Positions 9,818 to 18,968 of a stretch of DNA of 64,000 bases are shown piece by piece. The DNA is from an uncultured Collinsella sp. Its GTDB lineage: Bacteria > Actinomycetota > Coriobacteriia > Coriobacteriales > Coriobacteriaceae. Under the pieces are notes generated by a model. It searched no databases. It was given only the letters and a program-made list of their open reading frames with translations, and was not told the DNA's origin. Positions within the stretch are counted from its first letter, which is position 1; the number at the start of each line of letters is the position of its first letter. Made by a program: the position numbers and the translations under genes. The stretch covers positions 236-64,235 of the forward strand of contig CABQHT010000003.1 in the NCBI GenBank assembly GCA_902464035.1, read 5' to 3'.

Positions 9818-10735
9818 TTAGTTGGACTCGCCCACCAGGGCGCGGCAGAAATCTTTGGCGTTAAACTCCTGCAGGTCATCGACCTGCTCGCCCACGCCGA
9901 TGCGCAGGATCGGGAGCTTGAGCTTCTCGGCCACGGCCATGGCGATACCGCCCTTAGCCGTGCCGTCGAGCTTAGTCATGATAATACCGTCCAGGCCCAG
10001 CGCCTCGTTAAACTCGAGCGCCTGGTTCAAACCGTTCTGACCAGTGGCGGCATCAATCACGAGCACGACCGAGACCGGCATGGGACCGGCGGCCATATTG
10101 GCGGCGCGCTTACGGGTCACATTGACCACCTTGGCGAGCTCGCGCATGAGCTCGGGGCTCGTGTGCAGACGGCCGGCGGTATCGATGAGCACCAGGTCGC
10201 TGCCGCGCTTATCGGCCTCGTCGAGCACGTCATAGCACACGCTCGCCGGATCGGAGCCGCGGTCACGCTTGATAACCGGTACGCCGGCACGCTGGCCCCA
10301 CACATCGAGCTGCTCGATGGCGGCGGCGCGGAAGGTGTCGGCCGAACCGATCACCACGTTCTTGCCGCGGGCGGCCATGGCGCTCGCAATCTTGCCGACC
10401 GTGGTGGTCTTGCCGGCGCCGTTGATGCCGACAAACAGCACGCAGCTCGGCGTATCGGAAAACGGATCGCGCTCAACAGGCACAAAATGGCCCTCGAGCT
10501 GCTCGGCCAGGGCGCGGCGAAGCTGCGGGGCGGTCTTGAGGTTCTTCTTGGCCGCGGCGTCGCGCAGGTCATCGGAGACCTGAATGGCGACCTCGGCACC
10601 CATGTCACCCATGACGAGGGTGTCCTCAAGATCCTCCCAAAAATCCTCGTCGACCTCGCCGCCAAAGTAGAAGACCTCGTTGAGGGCCTCGCGGCTGCGC
10701 TCAAGTCCGCGCGAAAGTGCGTCAAAAAATCCCAT
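9818..10735 (-). CDS. ftsY: SRP receptor FtsY
   Basis: GINGAGKTT, DTFRAAA, DTAGR, TKLDGTAKGG. Confidence 0.97.
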   Translation of the reverse strand: MGFFDALSRGLERSREALNEVFYFGGEVDEDFWEDLEDTLVMGDMGAEVAIQVSDDLRDAAAKKNLKTAPQLRRALAEQLEGHFVPVERDPFSDTPSCVLFVGINGAGKTTTVGKIASAMAARGKNVVIGSADTFRAAAIEQLDVWGQRAGVPVIKRDRGSDPASVCYDVLDEADKRGSDLVLIDTAGRLHTSPELMRELAKVVNVTRKRAANMAAGPMPVSVVLVIDAATGQNGLNQALEFNEALGLDGIIMTKLDGTAKGGIAMAVAEKLKLPILRIGVGEQVDDLQEFNAKDFCRALVGESN

Positions 10736-13700
10736 TATGCATTCACGACCTTTCCGGTTTCGCGATCGAGTTTTTGCGAGACGACGCGACTGACGCCGTC
10801 GGCTTGCATCGAGACGCCGTAGAGAACGTCAGCATCCTCCATAGTACGGCGCTGATGCGAGATTACCAAGAGCTGCGTATCGGAACGCAGCACATCGAGG
10901 GCGCCGATGAGCTTGGACAGGTTGGCGTCGTCGAGCGCCGCCTCGACCTCGTCCAGCACATAGAACGGCACCGTGCGCGTGCGGTACACGGCAAAAAGCA
11001 GGGCGAGCGCCGTCAGGCTCTTCTCGCCACCCGACATGAGCATCATCTTGGTGATGCGCTTGCCTCGCGGCTGCGCCACGACCTCAATGCCCGTCTCGGC
11101 CGGATGCTCGGGATCAGTCATCTCAAGATGGGCTTGACCGCCCGGGAAGAGCATGGCGAAAATCTCGCGGAAATTCGCGTCAACCTTCTCAAACGTCACC
11201 AGGAACGCCTTGCGCATCTTACGGTCGATCGCCACGGTGATCTTGGTGAGCGCCTTGCGCGCGCTCTCAAGATCGGCCAGCTGCTCCTCGATGTAATCGG
11301 CACGGCGCTTGAGCTGCTCGTACTCCTCCATGGCGACCTGGTTCACAGGACCCAGGTTGTTGATCTGGCGCACGAGTTGGTTAAGCTCGCGCTCGGCGGC
11401 GTCGCGATCGGTGGGTGCCGGCAGCATGAGCGCTTCCTCGAGCACCGTGGTACCGTCGGCGGTGATGGCCTTGATGGCTGCCTCGACCTGCACCTCGAGC
11501 TTGCCGCGCGCCACCTTGAACTCATTTTGCGTCGCGGCGGCAACATCGACCCTCTCTTTGGCGCGGGCGACTTCGGTCTTGGCGTCCTCGATGGTCTTCT
11601 TAAGTGAAGCCGAGTCCGCCTCCTCAAGCGTTGCCTGATCGCGCAGGCGCGCAGCCCAGTCCGAGGCGCGCTCCAGCAGGGCAGAATAGCGCTCGTGCAT
11701 GGGATCGACGCGAAGGCGCAGCAGCTCGAGCGAGCGCGAGGCCTGACGCGTCCCGCGGATACGACGGTCGATACCCTCCAGGCGATGTTCAAGATCGGGC
11801 ACGCGGCCCTTCAGCGAACGAAGGCGCTCGCTCGTCTGAGCCAGGCGCACCTTAGCGTCGGCGAGCTTACCGGCGGCCTCGGAGTCATCGCGCCGAACGC
11901 GATCGAGCTCGTCGTTGGCTTCGGCAATCTGCAAGCCCAAGTCGCTCGCCTGCGCACGGGCCTCGTCACGCGAACGAGTGAGCTCGTCCACGCGCGGACG
12001 CGCAGCGCGAACGGCCTCGGCGGCCTGCTCGCGGCGCTTGGAAATCCGTACCCGCTCGACCTCGGCATTGTTGGCACTCTGCTCCAGGCGGCCGATCTCG
12101 GACAGCAGGGAGCGACGCTCGCCCTCAAGACGGGCGATCTCGCCGGCAGCATCGCCCTCGGCAGCACGGGCCTCCTCAACGGCAGTGTTGGCCTCGACGA
12201 CCTGATCCGAAACATGCTCAAACACGGCAGCAAGATCGGGCTCCAGGCCTTCCAGCTCGCGGATACGACGCTTGCGCTCCAGGGCGCCCGAAGCCTCGCC
12301 GGCATCAAGCCCCACGCGAACCAGGCCGCCGCAGGCAACGCGTGCGCCATCGGGAGTCACATAGGTCACGCCATCAACGACCGGCGCGGACAGCGCGGCA
12401 GAAAGGTCATCGACCACGTAATAGCCGCCGAGCAATGCCTCGACGACCGGACCGTAGCCCGCACGCACGGACAGGCAATCAACAAGACGGGTACCGGCGG
12501 CACCCTCGGCAGCCGCAGAGCCACTCACGCTGCGCGTCACCAGCAGCGCCTCGCCCGAGGCCTTCTTCTGATCCAGGGCAGCGCGACCGGCGCGCTCGAG
12601 TGCGGCAGCGTTATCGAACAATAGGGCATCGATATCGCCGGCAAGCAGCTGCTCAACCAGGTCCTCAAGCTCACGCGGCGCCTCGAGCACATCGCCCAGA
12701 CGACCCGAGACATCGTCGCCCAGCGCGCCCACCAGACGGCTCACGAGCGGCGAGCTGTCTGCCATGCGGGCATCGAGCTTCTTTTGGCTGGCAAGCTCCG
12801 AGCGAACCTCGGACAGCTTGTTGCGCGCCTCGCTCTCGCGGGCACGCAGGTCCTTGAGGGCAGCGCGTGCCGTCTCGGTGGCCTCGCGCGCATCGCTCTG
12901 GGTCTGACGAGCCGCCTCAAGGGCGCTCTCAAGCTCCTCAGCACGGTCGCGGCGGCTATCAAGCGATGCTGTGACCTCCTCGAGCTGTTCATCGATCTGC
13001 TCCAGGCGCGAGGCATACATGTTGTCCTCGACCTCGGCATTGGAAAGCGAGTCCTTCACCTTGGCGAGCTCGAGCGCGGCGTTATCGGCCACACGCTGGA
13101 CATCACGCTGCTCGCGCGTGAGCTGCGAAATCTGATTGTCAAGCGCAACGCGACGCTCGTGGAGCTCAGCGGCGGCAGGGCCGGCGGCGTCAACGTCGTC
13201 CTGGGCCTGCATATGCGCGCCAGTCACTTCCTCAAGCTGGGCTCGTGCATCCTCGAGCTCCTCGACCACGCGACGTCGCTGATGCTCGGAGCTCGAGATC
13301 TGGCCGCGCATGTCGGACAGGCGAGACACCATGTTGTGGCCCTTTTCCTCGAGCAGGCGCATATCGGAGTTAATGCGACCGACCACATCTTGCATATGGC
13401 GGCGCTGCTCGCCCAAGTCGCCCACAAATAGGCCCTTTTCCTCGAGCATGACCTGAAGCTTTTCGAGCTCGCGCTCCTTTTCACCTAAGCGGTATTGCGC
13501 AAGCTCGAGCTCGGCAGCGCCCTCCTTGGAGCGGCTTTCCAGGTCGTTCCACTGCGACTGCAGCGAACGAAGCTCGTCGACGGCCAGCATCTGCGTAAGC
13601 TCGTTCGCGCGCGAGGACAGCTCTTTGTACTTGCGCGCGCGATCGACCTGACGCTCCAGCGGCCGCAGCTGACGGGCGATCTCCTTATTGATGTCGCGGG

Positions 13701-14271
13701 CACGGGTCAGGTGCTCGTCCATCGATTTAATCTTTTTGAGCGCACGTTCCTTACGACGCTTGTGCTTGGAGATGCCGGCGGCCTCCTCAATGAGGGCACG
13801 GCGCTCCTCGGGGCGGCTCTGCAAAATGGCATCGAGCTTGCCCTGGCTGATGATGGAATGCGTATCCTTGCCCAGTCCCGAATCGTGCAGGATGTCCTGG
13901 ATGTCCATCAGGCGGCACGGGCTCGAGTTGATGAGGTACTCGCTTTCGCCCGAGCGATACATGCGGCGGGTGATAGCCACCTCGTCAAAGTCGACAGGCA
14001 GCATATGGTCCGAATTATCGAGCACCAGCGTGACCTCGGCCACACCCACCGGCTTGCGCGCCGACGAGCCCGAGAAGATGACGTCCTCCATGGCCTGGCC
14101 GCGCAGCTGCTTGGCGCTCTGCTCGCCCAGGACCCACAGAATCGAGTCGGATATGTTCGATTTTCCCGAGCCGTTGGGACCGACGATGACGGTTAGGCCC
14201 GGCTCAAACGTCATATGGGCGCGGTCGGCAAACGACTTGAACCCTTTGAGCGTGAGGGACTTGAGATACAC
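10735..14271 (-). CDS. smc: Chromosome segregation protein SMC
   Basis: GFKSF, GPNGSGKSN, long coiled coils, MSGGEK, LDEVEAALD. Confidence 0.97.
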   Translation of the reverse strand: MYLKSLTLKGFKSFADRAHMTFEPGLTVIVGPNGSGKSNISDSILWVLGEQSAKQLRGQAMEDVIFSGSSARKPVGVAEVTLVLDNSDHMLPVDFDEVAITRRMYRSGESEYLINSSPCRLMDIQDILHDSGLGKDTHSIISQGKLDAILQSRPEERRALIEEAAGISKHKRRKERALKKIKSMDEHLTRARDINKEIARQLRPLERQVDRARKYKELSSRANELTQMLAVDELRSLQSQWNDLESRSKEGAAELELAQYRLGEKERELEKLQVMLEEKGLFVGDLGEQRRHMQDVVGRINSDMRLLEEKGHNMVSRLSDMRGQISSSEHQRRRVVEELEDARAQLEEVTGAHMQAQDDVDAAGPAAAELHERRVALDNQISQLTREQRDVQRVADNAALELAKVKDSLSNAEVEDNMYASRLEQIDEQLEEVTASLDSRRDRAEELESALEAARQTQSDAREATETARAALKDLRARESEARNKLSEVRSELASQKKLDARMADSSPLVSRLVGALGDDVSGRLGDVLEAPRELEDLVEQLLAGDIDALLFDNAAALERAGRAALDQKKASGEALLVTRSVSGSAAAEGAAGTRLVDCLSVRAGYGPVVEALLGGYYVVDDLSAALSAPVVDGVTYVTPDGARVACGGLVRVGLDAGEASGALERKRRIRELEGLEPDLAAVFEHVSDQVVEANTAVEEARAAEGDAAGEIARLEGERRSLLSEIGRLEQSANNAEVERVRISKRREQAAEAVRAARPRVDELTRSRDEARAQASDLGLQIAEANDELDRVRRDDSEAAGKLADAKVRLAQTSERLRSLKGRVPDLEHRLEGIDRRIRGTRQASRSLELLRLRVDPMHERYSALLERASDWAARLRDQATLEEADSASLKKTIEDAKTEVARAKERVDVAAATQNEFKVARGKLEVQVEAAIKAITADGTTVLEEALMLPAPTDRDAAERELNQLVRQINNLGPVNQVAMEEYEQLKRRADYIEEQLADLESARKALTKITVAIDRKMRKAFLVTFEKVDANFREIFAMLFPGGQAHLEMTDPEHPAETGIEVVAQPRGKRITKMMLMSGGEKSLTALALLFAVYRTRTVPFYVLDEVEAALDDANLSKLIGALDVLRSDTQLLVISHQRRTMEDADVLYGVSMQADGVSRVVSQKLDRETGKVVNA

Positions 14272-14281
14272 GGTTCCTCGC

Positions 14282-15007
14282 TTAAACAGGCTTCTTGTTG
14301 AGAATCACGCCGTTAGTGGTGTAACCCATGCGGTCGAGCGCCTCGAGCGCAGCGGCTCCCTCGGCCTCCTTCTTGGAGGAACCGGTGCCGCGGCCCTGGC
14401 GAATACCGTCGATGAGCACCACGGCGGTAAAGGTCGGTGCGTGCGCCGGGCCTTCAGAGCCAACGAGCTTGTACGCCGGAGGCTCGTGGCCATCGGCTTG
14501 CACGCACTCCTGCAAAAACGACTTGGGGTTCGCAGGATGCTCGGCACGCTCGGAGGCCAGATGAGGCTTAAGCGTACGGTGGATGAACTCCGCAGCCGCA
14601 TCCCAGCCAGCATCCAGATACAGCGCGCCCACGAGCGACTCATAGACGTTCTCGAGCGCCGAGTGCAGGCCGCGCGCGCCGGTACCGGTCTCGGAGGCAC
14701 CAAAGATGATGATGTCGTCGATGCCCAGCTCATGGGATACCTCGGACAGCGTGGCACCCGAGACGAGCGACACCTTTAGGCGCGTAAGCTTGCCCTCGTC
14801 AAACTCGGGATAGGACTCAAAGAGCGAGCGGGCAACCACGGCACCCAAAATGGAATCGCCCAAAAACTCAAGACGCTCATAGCTCGCCGAGACGGGCTGA
14901 CCTTCCACGGCAGAGGGGTGCGTGAGCGCCGCGCGCAGCAGCACCTTATTATTGAACTCGTGGCCCAGGATTTCCTGGGCGCGCGCGAGTCGTTGAGATA
15001 AAGCCAA
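14282..15007 (-). CDS. rnc: Ribonuclease III
   Basis: ERLEFLGDS signature and C-terminal dsRBD. Confidence 0.97.
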   Translation of the reverse strand: MALSQRLARAQEILGHEFNNKVLLRAALTHPSAVEGQPVSASYERLEFLGDSILGAVVARSLFESYPEFDEGKLTRLKVSLVSGATLSEVSHELGIDDIIIFGASETGTGARGLHSALENVYESLVGALYLDAGWDAAAEFIHRTLKPHLASERAEHPANPKSFLQECVQADGHEPPAYKLVGSEGPAHAPTFTAVVLIDGIRQGRGTGSSKKEAEGAAALEALDRMGYTTNGVILNKKPV

Positions 15008-15010
15008 GAC

Positions 15011-15253
15011 TTAGGCCTCCCTGGCGTTTTCAATAGCGTCGACAGCGTCGGCGACAGAGTTGAGCGACAGCAGGGTCTCGTCATCGATCTCGAGGTCGAA
15101 CTCGTCCTCGATGGCCGTCACCAGCTGCAGACGCTCGAGCGAATCGGCATCGAGATCGTCAAAGGTGGTCTCGTCGCTAATGTCGGCGACATCGACACCC
15201 AGCACATCGGCGGCGACTTCGGCGATCTTATCGAAGATTTCGGAGCGGTCCAT
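15011..15253 (-). CDS. acpP: Acyl carrier protein
   Basis: Acidic 80-aa protein with DLDADSL phosphopantetheine site. Confidence 0.93.
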   Translation of the reverse strand: MDRSEIFDKIAEVAADVLGVDVADISDETTFDDLDADSLERLQLVTAIEDEFDLEIDDETLLSLNSVADAVDAIENAREA

Positions 15254-15377
15254 AGCGCTTCCTCTCGTATTGCGTGAACATCAACGCGCTGGCGCCGCAA
15301 GCACAGCGCCAAGACACGGTTTTGATTCTACCCCACGACGCAGGCCGCGAGGCACATAACGGCGCTCTAACTCGCTC

Positions 15378-16397
15378 CTACAAAACGATCCCGTCCATAG
15401 AGTTGGCGACGTTCTCGACCAGTCCGGCGCGCACGGCCTCCGCCGCGGCGAGCGTACCGTTTTTGACGGCCTCGACCGAGGTGGCACCGTGGCCGATCAG
15501 GACCACGCCACGCAGACCCAGCAGAATGGCGCCGCCCTTAGCATCGCCCGAGAGCTTTGCCTTGATCTCGCGCATCTGCTTTTTGATGAGCAGCGCGGCA
15601 ATCTTGGTGCCGAGCGAAGACATAAAGGCACCCTTGAGCTCCTGCAGCAAAAACTTGGCAGCGCCCTCGGTGGCCTTGAGTGCGATGTTGCCCGACATGC
15701 CGTCGGCGACCACGACGTCAAAATTGCCCGACGTAAGATCGGTGCCCTCGCAGTTGCCCACAAAACCGGGAACAGCGGCCTTCATGGCCGGGAAGCACGA
15801 CTTGGTAAAGTTGGAGCCCTTCTCGTCCTCGGTGCCGTTGGCAAGCAGGCCCACGCGGGGATGCTCAATGCCCAAGACGACGCGCGCATAGGCAGTCCCC
15901 ATCTGGGCAAAACGCACCATATCGTCCACCGTGACATCGGGGTTGGCACCCATGTCGCACAGGACCGTCAGGCCGCCGGCGCGGTTGGGCAGTGCATTGG
16001 TGAGACACGGACGCACCGGCTGTTTCTTGCCCTCGGCCTGATACCTAAATGGCGTCACGTAGGCGGTAGCGGCAGCAGTCATGGCGCCGGTGGAGCCGGC
16101 AGAGAAGAAGGCGTCCGCGTTACCCTTCTTGATAGCGCGGCAGGCAAGCACGATCGAGGACTTGCGCTTGGTCATCACGGCTCGAATGGGATCGTCATCC
16201 ATGGCGATGACATCGGGCGCTTCCAAGGCCTCAACGCGAGCGTGAGCCGCGGCAAAGGGGTTCACGATCTCTGCGGGACCGACGGCCAAGACCTCGATAT
16301 CGGGATCCGTCGCAAGCGCCGCCTCGATACCGTCGAGGACAACCTGAGGCTTCTCGTCTCCACCCACAACGTCTACACAAACGCGAACGTTACTCAT
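15378..16397 (-). CDS. plsX: Phosphate acyltransferase PlsX
   Basis: VDVVGGD, SAGSTGA, DMGAN, GNIALK, IGHG; rpmF-plsX-acpP-rnc context. Confidence 0.95.
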   Translation of the reverse strand: MSNVRVCVDVVGGDEKPQVVLDGIEAALATDPDIEVLAVGPAEIVNPFAAAHARVEALEAPDVIAMDDDPIRAVMTKRKSSIVLACRAIKKGNADAFFSAGSTGAMTAAATAYVTPFRYQAEGKKQPVRPCLTNALPNRAGGLTVLCDMGANPDVTVDDMVRFAQMGTAYARVVLGIEHPRVGLLANGTEDEKGSNFTKSCFPAMKAAVPGFVGNCEGTDLTSGNFDVVVADGMSGNIALKATEGAAKFLLQELKGAFMSSLGTKIAALLIKKQMREIKAKLSGDAKGGAILLGLRGVVLIGHGATSVEAVKNGTLAAAEAVRAGLVENVANSMDGIVL

Positions 16398-16414
16398 ATA
16401 CATACTCCTTATAC

Positions 16415-16444
16415 AAAAATGGCCGACTCATTGAGCCGGCCATT
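16415..16444 (-). terminator. Terminator-like hairpin after rpmF
   Basis: AATGGCCG / CGGCCATT stem with T run on the minus strand. Confidence 0.55.
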
Positions 16445-16484
16445 GTGGTTCCAGTTGGAACGGCATCGCATCCAGAGTATACAG

Positions 16485-16664
16485 TTACTCGGTAACGATA
16501 ACCTCGCGGTCCTTGTAGAAACCGCAGCTGGGGCACACGTGGTGCGGGAGCTTGACAGCACCGCAACGGGGGCACGTGGACTGAGCCGCAGCCGAGATCT
16601 TCATGTTGGCGGAACGGCGGGTGTGAGTGCGGATACGACCCTGCTTTTGTTTAGGTACGGGCAT
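16485..16664 (-). CDS. rpmF: 50S ribosomal protein L32 (absent from the ORF track)
   Basis: Manual translation MPVPKQKQGRIRTHTRRSANMKISAAAQSTCPRCGAVKLPHHVCPSCGFYKDREVIVTE*, with CxxC...CxxC. Confidence 0.96.
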   Translation of the reverse strand: MPVPKQKQGRIRTHTRRSANMKISAAAQSTCPRCGAVKLPHHVCPSCGFYKDREVIVTE

Positions 16665-16728
16665 AGTGACCTTCCTTATGAACTATCCAGTGTGGCGATT
16701 ACGCGCAAGTAGCGATACTACCACAGTT

Positions 16729-17283
16729 TTACTCGTCAAGCTTGAGATTCTTTAATGCTGCAAATGGATTTTCCGTGGCAGCGGCCCATTCGGCCTCTGC
16801 TTGAGCGGCGCAATCGCATTGCTCGACGTTGAGATTGATGCCGCAAGTGGGGCATAAGCCGCGACAATCAGGCTTGCACAGGACAACGAACGGCGTATCC
16901 ATGACGACGGCGTCGTTGATGGGCTCACCCAGATCGACGATGCGATCCTCGCCCAGCAGCTCGTAGCCATCTTCGTAGGCCTCGGGGTCCTCGGGCTCGT
17001 TAAAGAGATAGAATTCCTCGATCTCACCGGCAATATCAAACGAAGCGGGCTCCAGGCAACGGTCGCACTCACCGGTTGCGCGCGCGCGGACCATGCCCGT
17101 AAGCAGAACACCGGTGCCGGCGTTGGTAAAGACTACATCGTAGTCAATGCCGTCCTGCAGCTGATACTCCTTCTCGCCCACCGTATAGGTGGCGACATCG
17201 ACCTTGCCGGTCAGCGGATACGAGTCTCCGGGAAACTCGAGCTGCTCGGAAAGATCGACGGTAACGCTCGGGAACTCAGCCAT
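16729..17283 (-). CDS. DUF177/YceD family protein
   Basis: CDRCL and LCKPDCRGLCPTCG motifs; upstream of rpmF. Confidence 0.92.
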   Translation of the reverse strand: MAEFPSVTVDLSEQLEFPGDSYPLTGKVDVATYTVGEKEYQLQDGIDYDVVFTNAGTGVLLTGMVRARATGECDRCLEPASFDIAGEIEEFYLFNEPEDPEAYEDGYELLGEDRIVDLGEPINDAVVMDTPFVVLCKPDCRGLCPTCGINLNVEQCDCAAQAEAEWAAATENPFAALKNLKLDE

Positions 17284-17780
17284 TACCACTGACCATTCTG
17301 CTGGGCGGCACCCTCGTTGAGCTGCTGACGGCAACGGGTCACCGTGCCGGTCAGGCTCTTGAGGTTCTCCTCGAGGTGCGTAAAGACCTGCTCGGCGTAG
17401 TCCTCGGCGGCATAGCGCGTCTCGCGCTCATACTGCTGGGCACGGTCGCGAATATCGTCGGCCTGCTGCTGCGCTAAGCGGACGATCTCCTGCTCACCGG
17501 CAATGGTGAGGGCCTGCTGCTGAGCATCGGCGATGATGGAATCGGCCTGAGCGGCGGCGGAAGCCATAAGCTCCTCGCGCTCCTTGAGGATACGGCGGGA
17601 CTTCTGCCATTCCTCGGGATAGCTCATGCGGATCTCGTCGAGGATGTTAAAGAAGACGTCGGCATCGATAACCTTCATCTGGGCGTTCTTGCCGAACGGC
17701 GTCTTAGCCTCTTCGATGAGCCCCTCGAGCTCGTCGACAAGACTCACGATCCTGTCGCCAGGAAAATTCTCGCCCGGCAT
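17283..17780 (-). CDS. Conserved coiled-coil protein (DivIVA/ATP synthase b-like) between coaD and yceD
   Basis: Ala/Gln/Glu-rich helical sequence in a conserved gene position. Confidence 0.8.
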   Translation of the reverse strand: MPGENFPGDRIVSLVDELEGLIEEAKTPFGKNAQMKVIDADVFFNILDEIRMSYPEEWQKSRRILKEREELMASAAAQADSIIADAQQQALTIAGEQEIVRLAQQQADDIRDRAQQYERETRYAAEDYAEQVFTHLEENLKSLTGTVTRCRQQLNEGAAQQNGQW

Positions 17781-17848
17781 CCGGTCTCCTTTCATAGGTA
17801 ACATATCATCGTGTTAGTTTACCACATGCCACCAGGCATTAAAAAACG

Positions 17849-18346
17849 TCACGAAAAGCGATGTTTGAGCGCCTTGACCACATTGGGCGGAACAAAATTA
17901 GAGACGTCGCTACCGAGCGAGGCAATCTGGCGAACCACCGAGCTCGAGATATAGCCGTACTGCGGCGCACTCATGACAAAGATGGACTCCAGCTCGTTAT
18001 CCAGGCGGTAGTTGAGGTCGGCCTGCTGCAGCTCGTACTCAAAGTCGGTCATAGCACGCAGACCCTTGACCACGGCTCCTGCTCCCTGTTCGCGGGCAAA
18101 ATCGACCAAGAGGCCGGTGAAGGGCAGAACCTCTACGCCGTCAATATCACCGAGCGCCTCACGGGCCAGCGCCACGCGCTCATCGAGCATAAAGGTGGTG
18201 CCGACGCCGTTTTTTCCCTGCGACTCGGCAACGGCCACGATCACGCTGGGGAAGATGCGGCGGGCACGGCGAATCACGTCGATGTGGCCAAACGTGATGG
18301 GATCGAAGGTGCCCGGGACGATTACGCGGTTAATGGTGTCACTCAT
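17849..18346 (-). CDS. coaD: Phosphopantetheine adenylyltransferase
   Basis: PGTFDPITFGH, KGLRAMTDFEYE, ISSS. Confidence 0.96.
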   Translation of the reverse strand: MSDTINRVIVPGTFDPITFGHIDVIRRARRIFPSVIVAVAESQGKNGVGTTFMLDERVALAREALGDIDGVEVLPFTGLLVDFAREQGAGAVVKGLRAMTDFEYELQQADLNYRLDNELESIFVMSAPQYGYISSSVVRQIASLGSDVSNFVPPNVVKALKHRFS

Positions 18347-18968
18347 GGGCATCCTCCGTGGGTGCGTCGCTATCGTTGTCATCATCCTCGCCGTTGCCAA
18401 CCCAACGAAGCAGGTCGACCGAGGTAATGCCGTAACGCTTCTCGCGCACGATCTCAAAGCCTGCCGGATGCGCACCCGCATCGGCGGCAGCGTGCTCAAA
18501 CAGCGCGTAGGCACCCGGTACCAGCAAGCCTTGCTGAGCTAGGTTTTGCAGTAGCTCCTCGACCGGCTCGGCGCCAAAAGCATAGGGCGGGTCGAGCAGG
18601 ACCAGGTCAAAGGGACCGCCCGGCACGCGGCCGCGCGAAGCGCTTGCCAGCACGTCGCCGCCCACCACACGCCAACGCGCACGGTCGCGGCAGAGCGACT
18701 CGATATTCTTGGTAATCAGACGAGCTGCGTTGCGATCGATCTCGAACGTGGTGAGCGAGCGGGCACCACGCGAGAGCATCTCGATGCCCAAGGCACCGGA
18801 GCCGCCAAAGGCATCCAGCACGCGGACCTCGTCCAGATCGAAGTCGAATGCCGACATGACCATAGATGCGCACGCCTCGCGAACGCGATCGGTCGTGGGG
18901 CGGGTGACATCGCGACCACGGGGCTCCTCGATCTTACGACCGCGCCATTCGCCGCCGATGATTCTCAT
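18339..18968 (-). CDS. rsmD: 16S rRNA m2G966 methyltransferase RsmD
   Basis: MRIIGG, RPTTDRVRE, DAFGGSGALG, LDPPY. Confidence 0.94.
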   Translation of the reverse strand: MRIIGGEWRGRKIEEPRGRDVTRPTTDRVREACASMVMSAFDFDLDEVRVLDAFGGSGALGIEMLSRGARSLTTFEIDRNAARLITKNIESLCRDRARWRVVGGDVLASASRGRVPGGPFDLVLLDPPYAFGAEPVEELLQNLAQQGLLVPGAYALFEHAAADAGAHPAGFEIVREKRYGITSVDLLRWVGNGEDDDNDSDAPTEDAHE